From Pristiophorus japonicus (taxonomy: Eukaryota), in contig NC_091984.1 in assembly GCF_044704955.1 (NCBI RefSeq), positions 177,754,001 through 177,818,000 of the forward strand: a stretch of DNA of 64,000 nucleotides. The letters run 5' to 3'. Shown one piece after another: positions 27,701 to 39,700 of the stretch. The notes under the pieces were generated by a model. It was not told the DNA's origin, ran no database searches, and worked only from the letters and a program-made list of their open reading frames with translations. A program made the position numbers and the translations under genes. How positions within the stretch are numbered: the first letter of the stretch is position 1; every line of letters begins with the position of its first letter.

Positions 27701-30700
27701 TAGGCTGACTGGCCTATAATTTTCGGAATTTGGGGGATTATGCCTCTTTTTTAAACAGGAGTGTAACTTTTGCTGTCCTCCTGTTCTCTGGCATCACCCC
27801 ATATCCATGGAGGATTGGAATTGTGGCGAGAGTCTATGCAACATCTACCCTTCGTTCCCTCAAACTGGGTAACGTTTCTTCTTTGAGGACTGCAAACCTT
27901 TCAATTACCTCCTCTTTGTCTATTTTTATCCTATACAATATTGCTACTGTCTGTTACTTTACTGCTATATTGACAGCGACCTCTTCTCTCGTGAAGACAG
28001 ATGCAACGTTTTAATTTAGCTCCTTAGTGATGCCCTCTGCCTCCATAAGAAAATCTCCATTTACTCAGAAGTATTGCACACTATTAGCTATCTTCCTATA
28101 TAATTAGTCTTTTATCGTGCATATTGCAGAATTTATTTTTACATTCAGTTTCTGCATGGATAAAATGTTTATTTTGGAACTGTTGTTGACAGCTTAATTA
28201 AATTTAGGTAAGAATTCATCAGCCGGTAACCCAAAACACATGGTTTAATATCTTCTCCCAATATTTATTTCCATTGACTGCAATAAAACTGAACATTGAG
28301 TGTGGCATATAACAGGCAGCCGATGGGATACCGCCCGTTTAGCGCCAACAAGACATATTTCTAGAAGGCCTGACAAACAGGAGCACTAAAAGATAGCAGT
28401 GCATGTATAATATGCCAAAGTATTTTGCTAGAATTCAGTGAAATATTTAAGCATAAATGTCTACATATGTGTTATAGGCGTTTCAGTTCCAGTGTGCTTG
28501 AAAATAAAGGGCTAGAACTTCTGTGTCGCCCCGGGTGGGACATTAACTGTTGAGAAGTTGGAAGTATAGCGCCAGGCGCGAATCATTCTCACTGCCTGCT
28601 AAATTCTGTCTCAGCGCTCAAAGAATGCAGGGGGATGTTAAATCACATGCTAATGGCATAGATGAGTGGCGTTACACTCCGTGCGATAATGAATATAAGG
28701 TGTGTAATCGGGAGTGAGCATTGGCCAAGGCGCCTTCCAGTCATTACGGGTTAAAGGGGAGGGTCACTGGAGTCTGCCTAGCAGCCCCCAATGATTGAAA
28801 GAGTGCAGAATGGCGATATGCAATGGGATGAAATGCAAAATCCTCTGACTGCCCGCCACACTCTGGGGACTAACTAGCTTTTGTTTGTCTGCAGATATAT
28901 TGTGCACTCTCTGCCACTCATAACTGATCTTTGGAACGAAAGTTCCTTGACAACAGAGCTGCATCCCTTTAAGTAGCACCCCACTGCATCTGCTACCTAA
29001 CGTTGTCAGTGTGAGGTGGTAAGGTGGGTGGGGGGGGGGTGGGAGTGCTCCGACTGACGTTTGCACCAGTCACCCAGCGAAAGATGCCCAGGCGCTAACT
29101 GTTATTTCCGGCACTACAACGCCAGCGAATTTGCCATGCCTCGGCATGGCGCTACTGCCTGAATGCTTCCGCCAGGGTCTAACTGGGGGCGCTTGCATGT
29201 TGAATTTCTCCCCCAAAGCTCTTTGAAACTGAACAGGAGTTGGTCAACAGATTCATAAAAATAACTGAGCATAATTATATTACATTAACGAGTGATGTAG
29301 TAACTCTTTTCCACGGAAGTACAATTCACAGGCTTGATTTATTTAATCCATTTACTTTCGAGCGCGTTTCTTACCATTCTGCTGCATATTCTGAAGTTGG
29401 GATGAAAGTGAAGCATTCAGAATCTTTACAGAATCAGTGGTCCATTTCAGGTTATCAGCAATCTGGGAATCTAGAAAGAAAGAAAACTATTTGGCAAAAA
29501 TCATTTCAGAGCACTTCCCACCATTAGATGAAACCTGTTGAGGTAGCTTCCAAGTAATTAATAACAGTGGAGATTTAGTACAATTAAACTAGGAATTATA
29601 GGCATAGATTTTAAGAAAGCGTCGATAAAGTGTAGCCTTTTCAATCGAACAGGGATGAAATGGGATCTAATAAAGTCGATGAAAGCTTTTGAGAGTGAAA
29701 TTGGTAAATGATTACTTCAACTTGGCTGATGATAACAGGAGGGGTATACTGATTATTCATTGGAACAATGAAGGGAAGACAATGCCTTTTCACACAAAAG
29801 GTTATTAGAACATGAAGGGCAGACGTTCCCCAAACGTTCGCCCAATCATTTGCCTTGCCTTTGGCAGAAAAGCCGCTGAAACCAGGGGGGAATTGATTTA
29901 AACCGTATGTACATCATTGTCCAAAGTCAACGCGATTCTCCTGTCGATGCTATGGCAGACAATCGAGAGAAGTCAGGTAGAAATTCACCCCCATGACATT
30001 TTACACGTAGCCAGTGCAGGAATAACACAATATGTTCGATATTTTAAATGGATAACTATTTGAAAATTAAGAACATGAAAAGGGATAAGCAAAAGAAAAG
30101 GACAGGAAATGTGATATAGAGAAGATAGCTCCAATTAAAGAGCTAGCACTAGTAGAGGCCTGATGTGTTGTTGGGTTTTACATTGGATATTCTAATCAGA
30201 TTCAGTATCACCAACCATTCCATTTAAATTGACACATAATGGTCAACATATAAAGGTCACTTCAAATGTTGACCATTATGTGTCAATTTAAATAAATACA
30301 AATTCCCACTAATATTTACACGTTGCTCCATTTCAACAATGTGATTTTATAGTGTTAGAAACTAAAGATGCCTAAAAATGTATAAAACTGATATGAATGC
30401 TGTGTTTGACATCGTTTTTTTAGAACTGGAGACGAATTGTCTTTTCAGAATACTTAGAAATGTTAATGTCTTGTTAACCTGTTGAGATGTTATAACATTC
30501 TGGACTTTCGCAACCATTATATGTGGTTTTCAAATTAAAGCTTCAGTTTGTTTTATAATAAAATCAGAAAATACTGGAAATCTCAACGGGTCAAGCAGTA
30601 TCTGCGGAGAGAAGCAGAGTTAACATTCTGGTTCGATGACCCAAATTCACATGCCGAGTTCACTATAAGCCACTGACTCCCACAGCTGCATGGACTACAC

Positions 30701-33700
30701 TGCCTTCCACCATGCATCCTGTAAGGACTCCATTCCACTCTGCCAGTTCCTCCGCCTCTGTCGCATCTGCTCTGGTGACGTCACCTTTCACACTAGTGCC
30801 TCTGATACGTCTTCATTTTTCCTCAACCGAGGATTCCCCTCCACCATGTTTACCATGTCCCTCGACCATGTCCATTCTATTTCCCACACCTCTGCTCTCA
30901 CCCTTTCCCCTCTCTTACAGAACCACAACAGGGTCCCCCTTGCCCTCACCTTTCACCCCATCAACCTCCACGTTCAACGGATCATCCTCCACCATTTCCG
31001 TCACATCCAGTGTGGTCCCAACAGCAATCACATGTTCCCCTCCCCCCTCAGCATTCCTAAGTGACCACTCGCTCCGTGAAACCCTGGTCCATCCCACAGT
31101 CACCCCCAGCAGCCCCTCCCTTGCCATGGCACCTATGCACGCAAGTGCAGGAGATGCAATAGCTGCCATTTACCTCCTCTCTTCCCACTGTCCACGGTCC
31201 GAAATACTCTTTCCAGGTGAATCAGCAATTTACTTGTACTTCTTTCAATTTAGTATACTGTATTCGCTGCTCATGATGTGGTCTCCTTTACATTGGGGAG
31301 ACCAAACACAGATTGGGTGGCCACTTTGCAAAACACTTCCATTCAGTCCCTAAGCGTGATCCCGAGCTTGCGGTTGCCTTAATTCTCTGTTCCACACCCA
31401 CTCTGACCTCTCCATCTTCGGATTCCTGCACCTTTCGAATGAAGATCAATGCAAGCTTGAAGAACAGCACCTGATCTTTCGTTTAGGCACTTTACAGCCT
31501 TCTGGACTCAACATCGAGTTCAACAATTTCAGACCTTAACCTCTGCCCATATTTTGCTCATATATTTTCTCTCTCTCTCTCTCTGTTTACCATGGCAGCT
31601 GGTAATTATCCTGCCATTCATACCCTAGCTAAACGAATCTTATTCTAACTTCTGCCATTAACATCTCAAGTTGGCCCATCATCCCTTTTGTCTCTCAAAT
31701 CTCTCCTGTCTTGCACCTTCTATTTTGTTACTTCCTCCCCTGCCCTTTCAGTGCTCCTTAACAATCTGTTCATTTCGAACATTCGCCAGTTCTGACAAAG
31801 GGTCAACGACCCAAAAATATTTACTCTGTTTCTCTCCACAGATGCTGCCTGACCCGTTGAGATTTCCAGCATTTTCTGTTTTTATTTCAGATTCCAGAAT
31901 CCACGGTATTTTGCTTTTGCTTCAGTGTGTCTATTTGTCTTGAAGACAATTTGTATAAAAAGACTGAGAATGGAAGGAAGTTTGGAGAAGTTACTGTAAG
32001 CACCTTGCTATGTTGTAAAAAAGTTAAAGACTGGTTAAGGCGAGAAAGCTCTGGTTTGGCTTCATATGTTCAAAAGGTAGAGAGGACGAGGCTTTGTATT
32101 TATTGTACCCAAGAGAATAGGCAAGAGAGGTAATGAAGGAATTCGATCAAAACACGTCTTTGAGAAGGTATAAACGAAGACCTGTGGCTAAAATCAGAAG
32201 ACATCTTTAAAGCAACAAGAATCGAGACAAAGAACCTGATACGGTATTGGATAGCAAGTTGTTAGGAGAACATCTCTAGGTCAAAAGGTCATGTTAATAT
32301 TCCGGTTCAGGCCCACCCCTAAAAATAGATTAAAGGTGAGCTCCCAGAACCTTGTTCTCACAGACGAGAGAGAAGGAGGAACAAAGGCGGAGGATAGAAT
32401 AAGAGTGAAGAAAGCCCTGGATGAAGGGAAGAACAGATTTGCTCACGTGTGTCAAACTTCTGTCCAATTGGATCGATTTTAACATTGCTATGGTCACAAA
32501 TTTTGGCTGTATCACTAATGTTTGATATTAAACTCTGATTAAACACCATATATCCACCATATTGGTTCGTACTCGAACCTGATTATTTAAAGTTACCATA
32601 GATAGCCGTAAAGAGGTTATTTCTAACAATAGTCCTTACACCCAACATATTTGAAAGTACAAAATGAATTAATTCCTTCCAAAATAGAGCAACCGTTTTC
32701 TCAGCTGTAATGGTTCCTCATTATTATGTCAGCACAATTATTTTTCATTTTTATGCTTTAATTGTTGAAACAATTATACTTGCCTGATTAACACATAAGC
32801 AAGCTATAGGCCGCCTCTTGTACCTAAAGCAGCTTGCTTACCAATCATATTCCTTACCATTTAATTTCACATCTGCGAGTTCAGATAAAAGCGAAGCTTT
32901 GAGAGCCTTTAGTAAGTCAGCATTCAGTTCTTGGTTGCTCGCAATCTGGGAATCTGGAAATAAAGAATATTTCACAGAAAATGATTCGTAACATTGTCAT
33001 TGCCAACATGAAAGCAGCAACATTGCCGTCCAGATTCTTGACCAGGACATTTTACAATTAAGTACCATTATTTTTCTATTCTGCCTGTGCTGGCTCTGAA
33101 GGAATTTTGGAGCAAAGTAAAGAGAATGAAACGAGTGTACAGTAAGTTAGGAAACAGCGGAATTCTGATTAATTTAATCGGGAAACATCGCACGAGATGC
33201 AACTGGAATCCTCAGAAAGCCTGATAAAAATATTATCTACTTTGTCGTACCGTGTTTCTGCAAAGTCTGTCCGAGAGTTGAAAGCGATTCTTCCAGCCTT
33301 TGAATTTTGTCAGATATCCTTGCGACTAAATGCAAAGAAACATTAATACACAGTCACGTGTTCGAAGAATACATATCAAAAACATGCGTAGCGTTAATTG
33401 TTCATTTGAAAAGACGTAAACTTTCGCCGAGGACAATTGACACCTATCTTTCTATTTATTTTCTGCATAGTTCCCACCAAGCTAGTCGCCAGGGTAACAT
33501 TTAAAATAAATGGTTTAATAAAATTACACATAATGGTATAAGTGAAGACGGTCATGAACACAAAGTTGTTGGGGTAACGTTAGCTCTTTTTGGAAAATAA
33601 TGTAACATTTCCATTGATCATAAATTAGTCATCATCAACGTATTGATCAAATGTAACGGTACATAATGCTCAAATTGATGTGAAGGAGGTGATGGACAGC

Positions 33701-36700
33701 AATCCAGAGTAATGCATGTTATTATTGATACTGTCTGTTCAGCATAGTTGCAATTTTTCTGTTGCCTGCCGTAGCATCCGATCAATGCCAACGGAAAATG
33801 ATTACCATAAAGTTTCGTTTAGTTTTTAGTCTTTGAATGCAACGTCATAATTGTGCCAGTGACCTTCAAGTTTTGCATGTGTCGGTAGAAAAGGTTATGT
33901 GCACTTCATGAAATCTTGTTGAACAATTTGCTAGTTGGTTTGTTACTGTTATTGTTCATTAGTTTGCTTCTCGAAAGAGAACTGTGTTATATAATCACAA
34001 CGATTATACAGAAATATACGTATTACTTATAGATTCCCTATATGGAGTTCAAGTGTGCATCTTGTAGCTTAAGCAACCTACTTACCAAACTGGAGTACTA
34101 TAAGATAGCAGTGCATGTCTAATATGCGAATGTATTTTGCTAGAATTCGATGAAATATTTACACATAAATGTCTACATATATGTTATAGGTGTGTAAGTT
34201 CCAATTAGCTTGAAAATAAAGGGCTAGGAATTCACTATCACCCCAGTTGGGGCGTTAACGTTTGAGAAGTTGGAAGTTTAACATCAGGTGCAAATCAATC
34301 TCGCTGCTAGCTAAATTCACTCTCAGCGCTCAACCAATGCAGAGGGAGCAATAAATCAGGCGCTAATGGCGTAGGTGAGTGGCGTTAGACTCCAAGCGAT
34401 AATGATAATGAAGTGTTGTGTAATCGGGAGTGAGCAGTGGCTGAGGCACCGTCCAGCCATTAACGGGCAGGGTCACTGGAGTCTGCACAGCAGCCCCCAA
34501 TGATTTCAGGAGTGAACAACGGCAATATGCTATGGGATTAAATGCAAAGTACTGTGACGGCCCACAATATTCCAAGGACTTAGCAGCCTTTATTTGGTTG
34601 CAGATGAATCTCGCGCTCTCTGACACTCATAACTGACCTTTAAAATGGAAGGTCCTTGAGAGCAGGGCTGCATCCTTTTAAGTAGCGCCCACCAGTCAGC
34701 TGGTTCATGCATCTGCTGCCTGAGTGTGAGGTGGTAAGGCAGGCAGCGCTAATGCAGTTTGCAGACATTTATGTGTAAATATTTCACAGAATTCTAGCAA
34801 AATACATTGGCATATTAGACATGCGCTTCTATCTTATAGTATTCCAGTTTGTTAAGTAGGTTGCTTAAGCTACAAGATGCGCAGTTGAGCTCCATATCGA
34901 GAATCTATAAATAATACGTTTATTTCTGTATAATATTTGTGATTATATAATACATTTCTCTTTCGAGAAGCAAACTAATGAACAATAACAATAACAAATC
35001 AACTAGCAAATTGTTCAACAAGATTTCATGAAGTGCACATAACTTTTCTACCGGCACATGCGAAACTTGAAGGTCACTGGCACAATTATGATGTTGCATT
35101 CAAAGAATAAAAACTAAACAAAACTTTATGGTAATCATCTTCCGTTGGCATTGGTTGGATGCTATGGCAGACAACAGAAACATTGCAACTATGCTGAACA
35201 GACAGTATCAATAATAACATGCATTGTTCTGGGTTGCTGTCCATCACCTCCCTCACATCAATTTGAGCATTATGTACCGTTACATTTGATCAATATGTTT
35301 ATAATGACTAATTTATGATCAATGGAAATGTTACATTATTTTCCAAAAAGAGCTAACGTTACCCCACCTACTCTTTGTTCATGACAGTCTTCACTTATAC
35401 CATTATGTGTAATTTGATGAAAGGTGCCGAGGCGCTAACTGTTATCGCCGGTGCTACTGGGTCAGCAAATGTACCATCCAGCACACGATTTGCCCCGCAA
35501 CGGCACTATTGCCTGAGCTCCTCATTAGCGCCCTGCCAGGCACTAAATTCATTGAATTTCTCACCCAAAGTTCTTTGAAAATGTACTGGGGTTGGTCAAT
35601 AGTTTTTCGAACAATAATTGAGCATAATTATGCTACGTTAATGAGGAAAATAGTAACTCTTTGCCACGGAAGTATGATAGAGGCTACCTTTTTTATTTAA
35701 GTCCATTTACTTGCGAGTACATTTCTTACCATCCTGCTGCATATTCTGAAGTTGAGATGAAAGTGAAGCATTGAGAATCTTTACAGAATCAGTGGTCAGT
35801 TTCAGGTTATCAGCAAGCTGGGAATCTGGAAAGAGAGAAAACGACTTGGCAAATTCATTTCAGAGCACTTCCCACTATTAAATGAAACCTGTTGAGGTAG
35901 CTTCCAGATAACTAATAACAGTACAGATTTAGTACAATTAAACTAATAATCATAGGCATAGATTTAAAGAAGGATCGATATATTGAGGCCTTGTCACTTA
36001 AACGGGCTGAAAGAGGATCTAATACAGGGTATGAAAGCTTTTGAGAATGAAATTGGTAAATGATTGTATCAACTTGGTGAAGATAACAGGAGGTGTTGAC
36101 TGAGCATTCTTTAGAACAATGAAGGGAAGACAGAATACTTTTTCGCACACATATTAGAACATTAAGGGGAGACTTTCCGCAAATGCTCGCCCGATCATTT
36201 GCCTTAACTTTCGCAGAAGAGCCGCTGGCACCACGGGGGAATTGACCTAAACCATATGTAAATCGTTGTCAAAGGTTACCACGATTCTCCTGCCGATGTT
36301 AGGGTGGACTTTCGAGAGAAGTCAGGCAGAAATTCCCCACGGTGGTTTACAAGTAGCCAGTGCAAGGATAACACAACATGATCGATATTTCAAATGGATA
36401 AATACTTTAAAATTAAGAATATGAAGGGGACAGGGAAAAGAAAAGGACAGGAAATAGGATTTATGGCAGATAGCTCCAATTGAAGAGCTGGCCATCGCAG
36501 AAGTCTGATTTGTTGTTGGGTTTTACATTGGATAGTCTGCTCAGTTTCAGTGTCACCAACAATTCAATTTAAATTGACACATAATGGTCAACATTTAAAT
36601 GTCACTTTAAATGTTGACCATCATGTGTCAATTTAAAAAAAATACATATTCTCGGTAATATTTATTCTAAGATGTGATTTTATAGTCCCTTATACCCAAC

Positions 36701-39700
36701 ATATTTGAAGATACAAAATTAATTAATTCTTCCTAAATAGAGCAACAGTTTTCTCAGCTGTAATTTTCCTCATTATTGAGTCAGCCCAATTATTTTGCAT
36801 CTTTATGTTTACATTTTTCAAACTGATATCCTTGCCGGGGTAACACATTCCATAAGCAAGCTCTTGGACCTAACGCAGCTTACTTACCATTCATGTTCCT
36901 TACCATTTGTTTTCACACCTTGGAGTTCGGATAAAAGCGTAGCTTTGAGAGCCTTTAGGGAGTCAGCATTCAGTTTTTGGGTGCTCGCAATCTGGGAATC
37001 TGGAAATAAAGAATATTTCACGAAAATATTTCAAACATTTTCAATGGGTACATGAAAGCAGCAACATTTGCGTCCAGATGCTTAGCCAGGACATTGTACT
37101 TCTAAGTACCATTATTTTTCTAATCTGCCTGTTCTGGCCATGAACGAATTTTTGAGTGAAGTAAAGAGAATGAAACGAGGTAACAGTAAGTTAGGAATCA
37201 GCGGAATTTTGATTCATTAATCGTGAAACATTGCAAGAGATGCAACTGCAATCCACAGAAAGTTTGATAAAAATATTCTCTACTTTGTCCGAGATTTGAA
37301 AGTGATTCTTCCAGTTTTTGAACTTTGTCAGATATCGTTGCGACTAAATTCAAAGAATCATAATGCGCAGTTATGTGTTCGATGAGGCATACATATCCAA
37401 AACATGAATCGTATTAATTGTTCATTTGAATAGATGTAAACATTTGCCGATGACATTTGACACCTAGCTTTCTATTTATTTTCTGTAAGGTCCCAGTAGG
37501 CTAGTCGCCAAGATAAAATGTTAATTAAACTGTGTCATCAAATTACACACAATGGTATAAATGGAAACGTTCATGAACGAAAAGTAGCTGGAATAACGTT
37601 ACCTCCTTTTGGATACTAATGGAACATTTCTATCAATCTTAAATGTCAGCATTAACATATTGAGCCAATGTAACGGTACATAATGCTCAAATTGGTGTCA
37701 AGGAGGCGATGGCCACCAATCCACAACAATGCATATTATTATTGATACTCTCTGTTCAGCATAGTTGCTATTTTCAGTTGTCTCTATATTGTCTATATGG
37801 AACTTTCCTTCAGTAGGTAATATTAACATTAGTACTTGAGATGGGGTTGATGGAAACACTTGTGTGCAATCTTCTCTGCTACAGTATTATCAAATTCCTT
37901 TTGAGTTGCATCTAATATAGACCAAAAAGACTGCGACCATGGCGCCCTCCACACGGTATCATCGGCACAGAAAGCTTGGTGTCACTGAGGCGAAATGAAG
38001 ATCTGCACAAATCTCTGTTCTCAGACAGCAGTATTAAAGCAGTTTGAAACCGAGCTGCATTCAGAAAAATGACTACTAAATTCTTAGCTACTTAGCCACG
38101 ATTAGATCACTTTAAATGTTGACTATTAGGCATCAATTTAAGTAAATACAATTCCCTTTATATTTACACGTAGCTCCATTTCAACGATGTGATTTCATAT
38201 AAGTCCCTTATACCCAACATATTTGAAGATACAAAATTAATTAATTCCTACCAAAATAGAGCACTGTTAAGTCAGCACAATGATATTGCATCTTTATGCT
38301 TTAATTGTTGAAACAGTTATCCTTGCCCGGTTAGTACTATCCATAAGCAAGCTAAATGTCACATTTTATACCTAAAGCAGCTTCCTTACCAATCATGTTT
38401 CTTACCATTTGGTTTTACATTTTGGAGTTCGGATAAAAGCGAAGCTTTGAGAGTCTTTACTGAGTCAGCGATCAGTTTTTGTGTGCTCGCAATCTGGGAA
38501 TCTGTAAATAAAGAATATTTTACGTAAATGTTTCACAACACTTTCATTGCTTACATGAAAGAAGCAACATTGACGTCCAGATGCTTGATCAGTGAGTTTG
38601 GACACTGCGGAATTCTGGTTAGTTTAATCAAGAAACATTGCAAGAGATTGAACTATAATCCGCAGAAAGTTTGATTTAAAAAAAAGCAAGCTACTTTGGC
38701 TGGAATGTATCTATTTTAACGAAATATGGCGGAAAATAAGAATTGCTGACGAAGTGTTTTTAGTAATGCAAATTGTAGATATAAGCGTGTTATATGATGG
38801 CTTCATAAATATAGTTTCAATACTATTGCAATGTTTTCTTAGCCCATTCTTTAAGTATGATGAGGCATCGTACTATTCACCCACAGGTGCAGTAGCAGCA
38901 TGGAAGCTCCATTCCTCAATCAATACAGACAATTGTGAAACATGCCTGCAGCTCTAAGCAACATTTCTTCTCTCTACCGATAGGCGGAAATATTACTCTT
39001 GGTGTAACATTCTGACGAACAAATGAACTCAATACTTCAGCCATAATGGCAAATTGCTCCTCTCCTACCACTGTCCGACACAACCGGTAGGTTTTCAACT
39101 TGCCAACAGAGACTAACATTGGCGTCAGGTTGGGCTGCTCATTATAGAAAACGATCGATTGTCATTTGCATCAATTCCAGCACGAGCTTTACGCCAGGGC
39201 GGGAAGATGAAAATCAGCCCCATCAAGTCTGAGCACAAATCCAAGCCCTAATTTTAGTTAGAATAACGAATTGTTTATATAATGACAGATTTGTGGACCC
39301 TGTGTATGTGTAAGTAGATAAATATTTGTTAGCTTGCAGAAATGGTAATATCAGGGGCCAGACATTATGGGTCAAGGGTGTATTAGACATGTCTTATCAG
39401 GTAATCGGTTATTCTGTCTCACGTCTTTCCCTCAGAGTCTGAAAATACGTCTGATAATTGAGAGAGATTCTTGCATTGTTTTAACTGAAACAGATGTGTT
39501 CTTAAAATATATGCACAGTACACTTTCAGTGAGAGCTAGAATCGTAGAATGATACATCAAAGATGATGACATTCAGCCCATCGTACCTGTGCCGGCGCAG
39601 GTTCCATTATCTAATTTAAACATTCACTCCCTCCACCACCGGTGCAACGTGTCTGCAGTGTGTATCATCTACAAGATGCATTGAATCAACTTAAAGTCTT

